Origin: an uncultured Gemmataceae bacterium
GTDB taxonomy: Bacteria > Planctomycetota > Planctomycetia > Gemmatales > Gemmataceae
DNA: 64,000 nt
Assembly: GCA_963750165.1 (NCBI GenBank)
Contig: CAVVPN010000003.1
Coordinates: 1,760,001 to 1,824,000, forward strand
Direction: 5' to 3'
The notes below the pieces were generated by a model that was given only the letters and a program-made list of their open reading frames with translations, had not been told where the DNA came from and ran no database searches. Position 1 is the first letter of the stretch; every line of letters begins with the position of its first letter. A program made the translations under genes and the position numbers. Positions 38,798-51,077 of the stretch are shown here, piece by piece.

Positions 38798-41644
38798 ATG
38801 CGAACGGAACGAGACCAGGACACCCACAGTTCCCTGTTGCCGCGCTTGCTCGGCGGCTTCGTCGGCCTCGTTTACCGCCGCCCCTGGCTGGCGCTGGTTG
38901 TCGCGCTGGCGCTGTGCGCCGCGTCCGTTGTTTACTCCTCGACCCACCTGACCTTCCGCACCCAGCGCAGCGACCTCATCAGCCCCGACAAGGATTATCA
39001 GAAGCGCTGGCGCGCTTACCTGGCCGAGTTCGGCGACGACGACGACATGGTGGTGGTCGTCCAGGGCACCGACCGCGCTCGCATGTGCGCCGCCCTGGAC
39101 GCCCTGGCCGCCCAGGTTGCCGCCGAGCCGGAGTTGTTCGACCGCCTGTTCTACAAGGTCGATCTGCGGCCGTTGTATCGCCGGGCCCTGCTGCTGGCCC
39201 CCGCCGAGAAAATCGCGGACATCCAGAACGACATCCGCGACATGCACGAGCTGCTCGATCCGTCCTTCCTGCTGGGCGAGCCGCTGGTCGGCTGGCGGAT
39301 GCTGACGCTGGGCCCGCTGCTCGAACGGGCGCAGACACAGGCGGAGGCTGCCCGAGAAGCGGGCCGGCTGTCCGCCGGTCAGCAAAAATTCTTCGGCCAG
39401 CTGGCCGCCATCGCCCACAGTGCCGCCGTCACCCTCGACGACCCCGCCGCCTACCAGAACCCCTGGCACGCCCTGGTCCAGCAGCCGAGCGGTCAGGAAG
39501 AACTGCTCGCCGAGCCGCAGTACTTCTTCAGCCCCGACGGCTCGCTGGCGTTCCTGCTGGTCCGGCCCGTCAAGGACCAGAGTTCGTTCACGTCCGCTCA
39601 ACAAAGTGTGGATCGGCTGCGCGCGATCGTCACGGCCCAGGGCGGCCGCTTCCCGGACCTGGGGATCGGCCTGACCGGGCTGCCGGTGCTGGAAAACGAC
39701 GAGATGGTCGCGTCGCAGAACGACACCAACACGGCGTCCTATCTGGCCCTGGCCGGCGTGGCGCTGCTGTATTTGCTGGTGTTCCGTGGCGTCCGTTACC
39801 CGCTGCTGACGGTCGGCACGCTGCTGGTCGGCACCGCCTGGGCGATGGGCTGGCTGACGTTGACGGTCGGCCATTTGAACATCCTGTCGGCGACGTTCGC
39901 GGTCATGCTGATTGGCATGGGCGATTACGGCGTCCTGTGGATCGCGCGCTGACGAGCAGGAGCGGCAGGGCGGCGCGAGCGTGCTGGAGTCACTGCGGAC
40001 GACCGCGGGCAGCGTCGGCCCCGGTATCCTGACGGCAGGGACGACGACAGCACTGGCGTTCTACGCCGCCATGCTCGCGGACTTCCAGGCGGTCGCGGAG
40101 TTGGGCTGGATCGCCGGCAGCGGCGTCCTGCTGTGCGCCTTCTCGTGCTTCATCGTGATGCCGCCCCTGCTGCGTCTGGTGGACCGCCGCGACCGGCGGG
40201 CGTCCCCCCCACCCCGACCCTCCCCCCTGGGGGGGAGGGTCGGGGTGGGGGGGATGACACGCACGGCGTCTGGCTGCCGGGCCTGGCCGCACGGCCGCGA
40301 CTGGTCATCGGCGTGAGCGTGGCGCTGACGGCGGTGCTGGCCGTCTTCGCCCTGCGCATTCCCTATGACCACAATCTGCTGCATTTGCAGGCCGCCGGCC
40401 TCGACTCGGTGAAATGGGAGATGACGCTCATCGAGCACACCGCCGGGGCCAGCTGGCACGCCATCAGCTACACCGACACGCAGGCCGAGGCGCTGGCGCT
40501 GAAGGAGCGCTACGAGAAACTGCCCGGCGTCAGCCGCGTGGTTGAGTTCGCCACCCTGGTGCCGGCCGACCAGGACGCCAAGCTGGAGCGCGTGCGCGAC
40601 ATTCAGCACCGCTTGCGTCGTCTGCCCGCTCGCGGCCGGCCGATCCCCCACGACCCGCCGCACCCGGCGGCGCTGACGGCCCGGCTGGACGCGGCCATCG
40701 CGGCGCTGCAACCGCTGACGGCGGGGCCGGCGCCGTTGCTGGACGGCCAGCTGGTCGGCCGCTTGCAAACCTTCCGTCACAAGCTCGCCGCCATGAACCC
40801 GGCGCTGGCAGCGGAGCGGCTGGCGGCTTTCGAGGACGCACTGACGCGCGATCTGCTGGAAGACCTGCACAAGCTCAAGGACGTCTCGACGCCGGAGCGC
40901 ATCGCCGTCACGGACCTGCCGGCGTGCGTGCGCGAGCGCTACGTCGGCGCCAGCGGCAAATGGCTGCTGCGCGTGTTCGCGAAGGATTGTTTGTGGGATT
41001 ACGGACCGCTGAAGCAGTTCGTTGAGCAGGTCAAGAGCGTGGACCCGGAAGCGACGGGCAAGCCGTTTTCGACGCTGGAGGGGCTGCGCTCGATGAAGCA
41101 CGGCTTCCTGTGGGCGGGAGTGTACGCGCTGATCGCGATGGTGCTGGTGCTGCTGCTGGACTTCCGCAGCGTGCGGCACATGCTGGTGGCGCTGGCGCCG
41201 ATGGTGATGGGCATGGTCATGTCGCTGGGCGTGCTGGTGCTGAGCGGTCTGGCGCTGAACCCGGCGAACATGATCGCTTTCCCGTTGATCCTGGGTGTGG
41301 GCATCGACAACGGCGTCCACGTGCTGCACGACTATTTCTCGCGCCGCCGCGACCGGCATTATTTGCTGGGCAGCAGCACGGGCCGGGGCATCGCGGTGGC
41401 GGCGCTGACGACGATTCTGGGCTTCGGCACACTGATGCTGTCGCACCACCGCGGCCTGGCAAGCCTGGGGTTGTGCCTGACGCTGGGCGTGACGTGCTGC
41501 ATGCTGTCGGCGCTGGTGTTCCTGCCGGCGGTGCTGCGGCTGCTGAGCATCCGCCGGATGACGCAGGAGCAATCCGCGGCCGCGGTGGTGGCGGCGCGGG
41601 CGGTCGTGGTGGCGCCGGCGGAGGTGGCGCGGGTGGCGGCGTGA
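38798..41644 (+). CDS. MMPL/RND-family transporter (HpnN-like); frameshifts at ~39951 and within 40203-40254
   Basis: LTGLPVLENDEM, GHLNILS..FAVMLIGMG.DYG, LILGVGIDNGVH, LTTILGFGTL; TGcTACAAT upstream. Confidence 0.88.
40203..40254. repeat. C/G-run palindrome inside the MMPL gene
   Basis: TCCCCCCCACCCCGACCCTCCCCCC-TG-GGGGGGAGGGTCGGGGTGGGGGGGA. Confidence 0.85.
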
Positions 41645-41654
41645 GACGGATGAT

Positions 41655-41698
41655 TTCATTGATGGTTTCGCGATCAGGTGCGCGAAACCATCAATGAA
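41655..41698. terminator. 18-bp perfect hairpin between convergent genes
   Basis: TTCATTGATGGTTTCGCG...CGCGAAACCATCAATGAA. Confidence 0.7.
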
Positions 41699-41710
41699 GA
41701 AGTTGATCTT

Positions 41711-42483
41711 TCAGGGCAACGGCCGGACGACCAGCCGATAGACGTGGGCCGGGCCGCCGCTGTCGTGGGCGTCGATCAAACTGAGGTAATAAACGCCGTC
41801 GCGCGGCAGCGTCACCTCCAGGCGCGGGTCGGGGCTTTTGCCCGGGTTGCTGCCGTCGGCGACCTGCCGGCCGGCGGCGTCGTAGAGCGTGAACAGCGGG
41901 TCCAGGCCGGAGCCGAACCGCGCCGCCTGCACCTCGATCAGCAACTTCTGCCCCGCCTTGCCGTCGAGGCGGTACACGTCCACGTCGCGCGGCCGCTCGA
42001 TCACCCCTTCCACGATCTGCGGAATCTGCAGCGCCTGGGCCTGGCGGAAGCCGTCATTCGGCTCCTTCTCCTTGAGCAGTGGCGCGGACACGTCCACCAG
42101 CAATTCATGCGGTTTCGTCTCGCCCAGCTCGGTGACGACGGTGAAGGACACCGGCGCCTTCAGCCCGGCCGGCAGCGTCACGTCGGCGACAACCTGCGTA
42201 TCGCCGACCTTCTCCGGGTTCTTGTCCGGCACGCTGGCGTTGCCCTGGCTGACGATCTTGATCTTGACACCGTCCGCGGCGAACTTCACGTCCTTGACTT
42301 TTTGCAGGTGCAGGCCGCGGACGGTGACGCGCGTGGTCGCCCCGGCGCGGCGCCGAGCGGCACCGTCACCACGACGCGCGGCTCCGCCTTCTTGGGCGGC
42401 GGCTTCTTCTGGGCGCCGGCGTGCGGCGGTCCAACGGATAGCGCGAGCAGCGCCAGCGCAAGGATCAAAGTTGTGGTTCGCAT
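41711..42483 (-). CDS. Secreted PPC (pre-peptidase C-terminal) domain protein; frameshift ~42340
   Basis: Signal peptide, EKEPND, DVDVYR, A.RFGSGLDP, DGVYYL. Confidence 0.85.
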
Positions 42484-42484
42484 G

Positions 42485-43809
42485 TCAGCCAAAGATTTCG
42501 CGCACCGGTTCGCCGCGATCGAGGATTTCGATGGGCCGGCCCTCCGGGTGCATCAGCCAGCGGTGCGGATCGACGCCGACCGCCTCGTAAATGGTGTACG
42601 CCACGTCCGCCGGGGCCACTGGCCGCCGCGTCACGTACGCCCCCTGCCGATCCGTCGCCCCAATGACGCTGCCACCGCGGACGCCGGCGCCGGCGAACAA
42701 CAGCGACGCCGCCGGGCCCCAGTGGTCGCGGCCCACCTCACGGTTGACGCGTGGCGTGCGGCCGAACTCGCCCATCACCACCACCAGTGTGGACGCCAGC
42801 AGGCCACGCTGGTGCAGGTCGTCCAGCAGCGCGGACAGCCCCGCGTCCAGTTCCGGCAGGCGGCGGTTCAGACCATTCCAGATTTGACTGTGGTGGTCCC
42901 AACCGCCGTTGTTGACCGTCACGAAGCGGACGCCGCGCTCCACCAGCCGCCGCGCCAGCAGACACGACTGGCCGAACGTGCTGCGGCCATAGTGCTCGCG
43001 CAGGGCGGTCGGCTCCTGATGGATGGCGAACGCCTGGCGGGCGGCCCCAGACAGCACCAGCGTCGCGGCGCGCTGCTGGAACTCGGTATACGTCGCCATC
43101 TGGTCGTTGCCCTGCACCTGACGGGCCAGGCCGTCCACCGCCCGCAACAGCGTCTGGCGGCGCTGCGTGCTGCGGTCGTTGAGGTTCTCCAGTGGCGTCA
43201 CGTCCTGCACCTGGAAGTCCGCGGCGCTTGGGTCGCCGGTGCGGAACGACTCGTAGCGGCCACCGAGGTAAGCGCTCTTGCCCAGCTCCCAGGTGAACGA
43301 CGGGTTGCGCGGCACCGCGACATAGGGCGGCAGCGGCCCGCGGAAGCCGAGTTGATGCGCCACCACGGCGCCCATTGCCGGGTAGTCGCCGAACGCCGAG
43401 CCGAAGCGGCCCGACAGCACCCAGTTGGTCGCCGTCTCGTGGTGGTCGTTGTTGTGGGCGCCGGAGCGGATCAGGCAGACTTTATCCATGTGCCGCGCCA
43501 GCCGCGGCAGCAGGTTGCCGACCTGCAGGCCCGGCACGTTGGTCGCGATGGGCCGATAGATGCCGCGGATTTCCTCCGGGGCGTCCGGCTTCAGATCGAA
43601 GCTGTCATGGTGCGACAGGCCGCCGCCGAGGTAGACGAGGATGACCGACTGCGCCCGGCGCTGCGCGGCGTCGCCGGCCGGCTCTGCTGCGCCTGCAGCG
43701 CGTCCGCCAGCGTCAGGCCGACGGCGCCGAGGGCGCCGACGTGGAGAAAATCGCGGCGCGAAACGCCATCGCAACGGCGGTGCGCGCCGCCAAGAAACAC
43801 ATCGAACAT
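42485..43809 (-). CDS. DUF1501 family protein (Tat-type signal); frameshift ~43668
   Basis: CDGVSRRDFL, GGLSHHDSFDLKP, FGQSCLLARRLVE.GV, GEFGRTP, GRDHW. Confidence 0.92.
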
Positions 43810-44085
43810 CGTTCTGCCCCTGGGAACGGCTGCCAGCATGAACAACAACTAACCTTCATTTATACCACTTCATCGCGGGATAGCATCGCATGAATTCGGT
43901 CGCCGGGCGCAGCGGACTTCCCGATGCCGATTGAACGCCCATTCACTACCATTGGCCTGGACGGACCGTTCGAGGAATGGTCTAATGCGTCTGAAAACCA
44001 ATCGTCGCCCGACCCGGCGTGTAAGCTCTTCTCTCCCCGCCGGTATTTACTCACGACCACAACCATAACCGCAGAGGACCAGGAC

Positions 44086-45527
44086 ATGAAGAAATGGATC
44101 GCGTGCTTGGTGATGGGCGTCTTCACGGTCGCGGCGTTAGGAGGCGACGGACCGGTCGTGTGGCCGCAGTTCCGTGGGCCGGGCGGCTCCGGCGTGGCGG
44201 ACGGCCAGAAGCCGCCCGTCGAATTCGGCCCCGACAAGAACGTCAAGTGGAAGGTGACCGTCCCCCCTGGGTTTTCCTCGCCGATCGTCGTGGGCGACAA
44301 ACTCGTGCTCACAGCGTTCGAGGGCGGCAAACTGTACACGATCGCCTACCGCCGCAGCGACGGCAAGGAACTCTGGCGCGCCCACGCTCCGGCGAAGCAG
44401 ATCGAGGAGTTCCACAAGACCGAGGGCAGCCCGGCCGCGTCCACGCCGGCGACGGACGGCAAGCGCATCGTCTCGTATTTCGGCTCGTGCGGGCTCTTCT
44501 GCTACGACCTGGACGGCAAGCAATTGTGGAACTTCGAGCTGCCTCCGGCCGAGATTTTCGGCGCTTCGGCAGCGGCGTCTCGCCGGTCATTGCGGACGGA
44601 CTGGTCGTGCTGCTGCGCGACGTGACGAAGGACGCGAAAATCCTGGCGCTTGACATGGCTGGCGGCACGCTCAAGTGGGAGAAGCCGCGGCAGTCGCCGA
44701 CATCGTTCGGCACACCGGTTGTGTGGGACACGCCGGCCGGCAAGCAGGTGGTGGCGCCCGGGTTCGGCCGGCTGATCGGCTACGACCTGAAGACCGGCGC
44801 CGAGAAGTGGGTGGTGGCCGGCATGCCGGCCGTGTGCTGCCCGTCCCCGGTCGTGGCGGACGGCAAGCTGTTCTTCGCGGGCTGGTCGCCCGGCGACGCG
44901 GAGGAGAAGGATTTCAAAATGCCGACGTTTGACGATCTGCTGAAGCAGGCCGGCCAGGAGAAACTCGGGTATCTGACCAAAGCGGCCTCCGAGAAGACCT
45001 TCCTGAAGGGCTTCTTCGACAACAACGACACGAACAAGGATGGCAAACTCACCCGCGCGGAATGGGACCTGGCCATGAAGCACCTGGCCACGTCCAAGAA
45101 CAGTGCGTTCGCGCTGAAGGCCGGCGGGACCGGCGACGTGACGGAGACCCATGTGTTGTGGAAAAAGAAGAAGGGCGTGCCCTACATCCCGTCGGCGCTG
45201 GTGTACCGCGGGCAGTACGTCATGATCCGGGACGGCGGCCTGGTCACCGCCTATGACGAGAAGACGGGCAAGGACGTGTACGTGCAGGCGCGGGTGGCCG
45301 CGCCCGGCCGCTACTACGCTTCGCCAGTGGCCGCGAACGGCCACATTTATTTCACCTCCCTGGACGACGGCGTGGTGACAGTGATCAAGGCCGGGGCGGC
45401 CAAGGCGGAGGTGGTGGCGCAGAACCCGGCCCTCGGGGAGCGGGTGGCGGCCACTCCGGCCATCGCGGATGACACCCTGTATGTCCGCACCGCCGGGCAC
45501 CTGTATGCCTTTGCCCAGAAGAAGTGA
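44086..45527 (+). CDS. PQQ-like (BamB-type) beta-propeller protein with EF-hand-like insert; frameshift ~44562
   Basis: WPQFRGP, SSPIV.GD, ASTPATDG, DTNKDGKLTRAEW, YYASPV. Confidence 0.9.
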
Positions 45528-45534
45528 GCCGTTC

Positions 45535-45586
45535 TTTCGTAGTGCAGGCGGCCCTGTGACGCGACAGGGCCGCCTGCACTACGAAA
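45535..45586. repeat. GTAG-footed hairpin; possible terminator
   Basis: TTTCGTAGTGCAGGCGGCCCTGT...ACAGGGCCGCCTGCACTACGAAA. Confidence 0.8.
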
Positions 45587-45590
45587 TGGC

Positions 45591-45974
45591 GAATGGGAGA
45601 ACGGGCTCGCGAAGAAGCGCATCGGGGCGATCTGGACGCTCAATACGCAACTGGAAGACTTCCCGCTCGCAGACGCCCGTGGTTACGGCGCCGCCGTCCG
45701 CAACCTGCTCGACCTGGTCCGTACCGACCTCGATTCCTTCACTGCGGGCGAGATCACATGTCTGGAGAACCACGGCTACTCGCTGGCCGACGCGGCGCTG
45801 CGGTCGCGGGCGCCGGACCTCTGCCCAAATGTGGCCGCCCCGTTCCGGTGGCCGCACCCGGACTGGTCGGCCGACGGCAAACTTCAAGAAGCGCTGGCGA
45901 ACAGCGCGTCGCGGAAGATCGAGAGCGACCTGTGGCGCTACTTTACCGGCTGGCGCGCGCGTCCCAGGGGCTAA
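45591..45974 (+). pseudogene. 5'-truncated C-terminal fragment of a patatin-like phospholipase
   Basis: Startless open frame ...LVRTDLDSFTAGEITCLENHGYSLADAAL...; in-frame TAG at 45540 with no start codon after it. Confidence 0.65.
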
Positions 45975-46222
45975 CGCCCTGGCTACCACCTGCCGCTCCT
46001 CCGGGGCTACACCCGTCCGCCACGCGCGCTAACCTCCTGAAGCCCTGCCGATCACGCGCTCGGTGCCGCAGTGCGGACACTGAAATTGCTTGCCGGGCGC
46101 CGCCCCGTGGACGTTGACGGCCTTGCCGCAGGCGAGGCAGCGCTGCACCGTCGCGGCCGACAGGGCGCGCACCCCCGAGCCGCGATCAAGGCGAACCCAC
46201 ATTCACCCCGCCCTGTGCAGGT

Positions 46223-48051
46223 TCATGAAGCACCGTCCTCCGCGCCCACGCGAATGCCCACCGCGCGCATCAGCGCCAGGGCGTTGCTGTGCGTCACCAC
46301 GCCCGGCCGCAGCCGATAGTCGAAGTGCAGCGTGCCGCCCTCCAACTGATCCTCGAAATGGACGTTGCGCGCCAGCGGTTCGAGGTTCGCGGCAATTTGC
46401 GTCAGCGCCAGGTCGTGCGTTGTCACCAGGCCGATGGCCGGCCGTTCCAGCAGCGTGCGCAGGATGCCCTCGGTGCCGATGCGGCGGTCGTGCGAATTGG
46501 TGCCGTGCAGGATTTCGTCGAACAAATACAGCAGCGGCAGCGGCCCCTGCGTCAGGTCGAGCACCTGCCGCAGCCGCGTGATCTCCGCGTAAAACCGCGA
46601 CTTGCCCGCCTGCAGCGAATCCTGGATGCGCAGCGTCGCGCCGATGGCCAGCGGCGACAGCCGTAGCCGCACCGCGCGCACCGGCGCCCCGCCAGCGCCA
46701 GCACCGCGTTGACGCCGACCGTGCGCAGAAAAGTGCTCTTGCCCGACATGTTCGAGCCGCTGACCAGCAACAGCCGTTGTTCGCCGCTCAGGCACACGTC
46801 GTTGGTGACGCACGTCCGCCGCGGCAGCAGCGGATGGCCCAGGCCGGTGCCCTCGAACAGCGGCCCAGCGGCGACCACCTCCGGAAACGGGTCGGCCGGG
46901 TTCTCGAAGGCGTAGCCGGCCAGGGCGGTCAGCGCCTCGATCTCGCCGACGGCCTCGACCCAGCGCGGCAGCGCCGCCGCGGTCTGCCAGCGCCAGCGCT
47001 CCACCTGGAATGCTGTCTGCGTCGTCCACAGCACGAACGGGGCGATGATGCCGAACAACTGGTTCTTTGAGGAATCGAGCCGGTCGATCAGCTGCGACAA
47101 CTGCGCCAGTCGCCGCGACGGCGGTTCGCCCGCGGCACGCAGCGCCGCCTGCAACTCGACCAGGCGCGGCGCCGCGAAGCGCGCACGCTCGATGGCCGTG
47201 AGCAGGTGCGTCAGGTGGAACAGGTCCAGCGACTGGCCGTGCAATCCTTCCAGCGCGTGCCGCACGCGCGGCGCCACCCACAGCGCGAAGCCGCCCTGCG
47301 CCAGCAGCGCCACCATGACCCAGGCGAAATGCACCTGGCCGAAGGACCACGCGGCCACCAGGGCCCACGTCAGCGTCACCAGCGCCAGCGCCACCCAGCC
47401 GGCCAGCGGCAGCGGCGCGTGCGCCACCTTGCCGGCCCAGGCAGCCAGGCCCGCGGTGTCCACGCCCGCCGGCACGTCGCCGCCGGTCAGCGTCAGCTGC
47501 TCGCGCCAGTCGAACAGGTCGCGCAACTCGCGCACCGCCTCCTGCCGCGGCCCCAGCTCCGCCGGCGTTCCCGGAGCCGCGAGCCAGCGTGCCAGGGTGT
47601 CGCGGCCCACCCGGGTGCGGGCCGTACACAGCCGCTCGAACAGCGAGCCCTTGCCAAACAGGTCCAGGTCCGCGGCGTACAGGTGATTCTCGTCGAAGTA
47701 ATTGACGCCGCTGACGCCGGTGCCGGCCCAGCGGTCGTCAAGGCGGCCCAGGCCGCGCTCGTAGAAGGCGATGCCGCGCCGCGCCTGCCGGTCGGCGCGG
47801 GTGGCGCTCAGGAACGGCGGCGTCAGCGCCACGAAGCCGAGCGCCGGCACCGCCAACAGGAAAGGCGTCCACACCTGAAACACCACCGTCGGCCAGAAGA
47901 TGACAAAGGCGAGCGCGAATAACCAGAAGCGCAAGTTGCCGAGCCAGGCCAGGCGGCGCTGCTGCTCGGCATGGCGGGCGCGGAAGTGGTCGAGCCGCTG
48001 TTGATAGGCCAGGCGCGGGTCGGGAGACGGCACGGCGGACGTGAGGGGCAT
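46223..48051 (-). CDS. Membrane-anchored MutS-family ATPase (domain V type); frameshift ~46690
   Basis: DLDLFG.GSLF, GSNMSGKSTFLR, DSLQ.G.SRFYAE, DEILHGTNS, TTHDL. Confidence 0.9.
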
Positions 48052-48147
48052 TGGCAAGCCTTCGCGAGTCAGGGGACGGGTTGGCGCCGGCGGGGCGACC
48101 GGCGCTTTCAGGATACCGCGCCCCCGTCGGCGGGGCCAGACGACCAG

Positions 48148-49538
48148 CTATGCGAGCAGCGCCTGAATGGGGCTGCCCGCGCTGACGACCAGGGGCCGCC
48201 CCTGCTGATCGGTGACGTGCGCCCGCGGGTCGATGCCCAGGCAGTGGTACACCGTCGCGGCGAGGTCGGCCGGGCTGACCGGGTGCGTGGACGGGTAGCT
48301 GGCACTGCGGTCGGAGGAGCCGTGGACCTGGCCGCCGCGCACGCCGCCGCCGGCCAGCACCACCGAGTAGCAGAACGACCAGTGATCGCGGCCCGCGCTG
48401 CCATTGACGCGCGGCGTGCGGCCCATGTCACCCATCCAGACCACGAGCGTCTCGTCGAGCAGGCCGCGGTCGTCCAGATCCTGCAGCAGCGCCGCCAGGC
48501 CCTGGTCAGTGGGCGGCAGCAGCACGTTCTTCAGGTCGCGGAAGTTCTGGCCGTGCGTGTCCCAGTCGCGGTTGCCGAACGAATACAGCGTCACCAGCGG
48601 CACGCCCGCCTCCACCAACCGCCGCGCCAGTAGACAGTTCTGGCCGAACGCCGTCGGGCCGTAGCGGTCGCGGACGCGCTGCGGCTCCCGCGCCACCTCG
48701 AAGGCGGCCCGGCTGGCGGGCGACGACAGCAGCTCAAACGCCCGTCGCGTGAAGCCGTCCAGGGCGCGGGTGTTGGCCGTCGCCTCCAGCGCCGGCGCCG
48801 CCCGCGTCATCTGCTCCAGCAGCTGCCGACGGCCGCCCAGCTGCCGGCCGTCCGCCTCGGTCATCACCGCCATGACGCCGCCCAGGTCGAGCGTGCCGTT
48901 GTGCGGCCGGTTGAACGGCACCGTGAACGGGTCGTAGTGGCGGCCCAGGCAGCCCGCGTTCTGACCGAGGCTGTCGTTGTGGCCGAAGTGGCGCAGGTCG
49001 CCGAGCGTCACGTAGGAGAACACGGGCCGCGTCGCTGGCCGCAGCTTGCTGACCACCGAGCCGAGCGACGGCAGGTCCAGCGGGCTGGCCGGCGGCTCAA
49101 TGCCGAGCACGTCGCTGCGCGGGTGCGAGTAGCCGGTCAGGGCCAGGTAGGCGCCGATGGCGTGGTCGTTGTCGCGGTGGTGGACGGAGCGGACGATGGC
49201 GTAGCGGTGCGCCAGGCGGGCCAGGCGCGGCAGGTGTTCGGTGATCGCGACGCCCGGCACACTGGTGGCCACGGGGCGAAACTCGCCGCGGATTTCGGCG
49301 GGCGCGTCGGGCTTCAGATCCCAGATGTCGAGGTGCGACGGGCCGCCGTAGTTGAACACGAGGATGCACGCCCGGGCCCGGCCGGAGCGGTTCGCCGTGG
49401 GCCGCTGCGGTTGCGCGGCGCGGCGCGTAACCAGTCCGACCACAACAGGCCCGTGAAGCCGAGGCCGCCGACCCGCAGCGCCTCGCGGCGCGTGAGGCCG
49501 TCACAGAGTCGAACGCCGGAATTCTGGATGGACAGCAT
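48148..49538 (-). CDS. DUF1501 family protein; frameshift ~49420
   Basis: CDGLTRREAL, GGPSHLDIWDLKP, LLARRLVEAGV, WDTH, GRTP, GRDHW. Confidence 0.92.
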
Positions 49539-49553
49539 GGTGGTCTCCTCATC

Positions 49554-49610
49554 GTAGCGGAAGTCGCCAGACTTCCGAAGCGACTCCGGAAGTCTGGCGA
49601 CTTCCGCTAC
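49554..49610. repeat. REPIN: GTAGCGGAAGTCGCCAGACTTCCG plus its exact inverted copy
   Basis: GTAG foot, internal palindrome, 9-bp spacer. Confidence 0.9.
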
Positions 49611-49617
49611 CCCTTGA

Positions 49618-51006
49618 TTACGCCAGCAGCCCGTCGATCTTGTTGCCGATGACGAGGTGGTGCGGGCGGTTGGTCTGGTCGTGCAGCACGGTGTCCGCGG
49701 GCACGCCGAGCAGGTGGTACACCGTGGCGGCCAGGTCGCGCGGGTTGTGCGGTTGCGCCACGGGGTAGGCGGCGATGCCGTCGGAGGCGCCGTAGACGAC
49801 GCCCGCCGCGGCGCCGCCGCCCGCCAGGGCCACCGAGTACACCCACGGCCAGTGGTCGCGGCCGCCGTTGTTGTTGACGCGCGGCGTGCGGCCGAACTCC
49901 GCCGTGGCCAGCACCAGCGTCGAGTCCAGCAGGCCGCGCTGATCCAGGTCCGCGACCAGCGCGGCGAAGGCACGGTCGAAGGTCGGGCAGAGCAGGTCGC
50001 GCATCTGGCTGAAGTGGCGGCTGTGCGTGTCCCAGGAGCCGACCGGCGTGTGGCAGAAACTGACGTTGATGAGCGGCACACCCGCCTCGGCCAGCCGCCG
50101 CGCCAACAAGCAGCACTGGCCGAACTGGGTGCGGCCGTACCCGTCGCGCACCGCCGCCGGCTCGCCGGCGAGGTCGAACGCCCGCGCCGTCTGGGCGGAA
50201 CTGAGCAACCCGAAGGCGCGCTGGTGGTAGGCGTCGAAGGTCTGCACCTCCGCGACGCGCTCCAGGCGGCGGCGCTGGCTGTCCACTTGCTCCAGCAACC
50301 GGCCGCGGTCGTGCAGGCGCAGCAGCGGCACGTCGTCGCGCGGGCGGACGGCCTCCACGCGCACGTCGGTCGGCCGCAAATCCTGATCGACCTGGAGCGG
50401 GGCGTGGCGGTTGCCGAGGAAGCCGGGGAGTTGGCCGTGCAGCACCGTGCCGTTGTTGCGGCGCATGAGCGGCCCAACGTGAACCCATGTCGGCAGCATC
50501 CGGGACGGCCGCAGCTGGCTGAGCACAGCGCCGAAGGGCGGGAAGTCCGTCGGTGCGGGTGGGAAGTCGCCGCGGCTCTCGACAGCGGGCGGGTGGGCGT
50601 GGCCGGTCAGCGCGGCCAGGCTGGCCTGGACGTGGTTGGCGTTGCCGTGGCTCAGCGAGCGGATGACCGCCAGTTTGTGCATGAGGCGGGCAGAGCGCGG
50701 CAGCAGCTCGCCGACGCGGACGCCGGGCAGGCTGGTCGCGGTGACGCCGAACTCGCCGCGGGCCGGGGCGGGGCCATCCGGCTTGGGATCCCAGGTTTCC
50801 TGCTGGGCGTGGCCGCCGTGCAAATACAGCACGATTACGGAGCGGGCGCGGCCGAAGGTCGAGGGACGCCCCGGTTGGGCCTGTGCCCGGGCGCGGAACA
50901 GGTCGGGCAGGAGCAGGCCGAGGCCGGCGCCGACGCCGACGCGCAGCATTTCGCGGCGCGTCAGGCCGTCGCACAGGCGAACGCCCGAACCGTGGATGGG
51001 CAGCAT
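49618..51006 (-). CDS. DUF1501 family protein
   Basis: CDGLTRREML, ETWDPKP, LLARRLAEAGV, EFGRTP, GRDHWP. Confidence 0.93.
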   Translation of the reverse strand: MLPIHGSGVRLCDGLTRREMLRVGVGAGLGLLLPDLFRARAQAQPGRPSTFGRARSVIVLYLHGGHAQQETWDPKPDGPAPARGEFGVTATSLPGVRVGELLPRSARLMHKLAVIRSLSHGNANHVQASLAALTGHAHPPAVESRGDFPPAPTDFPPFGAVLSQLRPSRMLPTWVHVGPLMRRNNGTVLHGQLPGFLGNRHAPLQVDQDLRPTDVRVEAVRPRDDVPLLRLHDRGRLLEQVDSQRRRLERVAEVQTFDAYHQRAFGLLSSAQTARAFDLAGEPAAVRDGYGRTQFGQCCLLARRLAEAGVPLINVSFCHTPVGSWDTHSRHFSQMRDLLCPTFDRAFAALVADLDQRGLLDSTLVLATAEFGRTPRVNNNGGRDHWPWVYSVALAGGGAAAGVVYGASDGIAAYPVAQPHNPRDLAATVYHLLGVPADTVLHDQTNRPHHLVIGNKIDGLLA

Positions 51007-51077
51007 GGTAGTCTCCCGTTTGGCTCAATAAATCGGTTCACGTCGGCGGCCCGTTGGCTACGAGATCGATTCAGGGG

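Noticed and set aside
39950..39952. Selenocysteine or readthrough TGA in the MMPL gene
   Set aside because: Homology continues in a different frame; removing one G restores IARYEQER, so it is an indel
43860..44000. Lower-GC stretch as an ncRNA or gene remnant
   Set aside because: No recognisable motif or convincing structure
46223..48051. Canonical mismatch-repair mutS
   Set aside because: Lacks the mismatch-binding domains and has TM helices; belongs to the short MutS-like ATPase group
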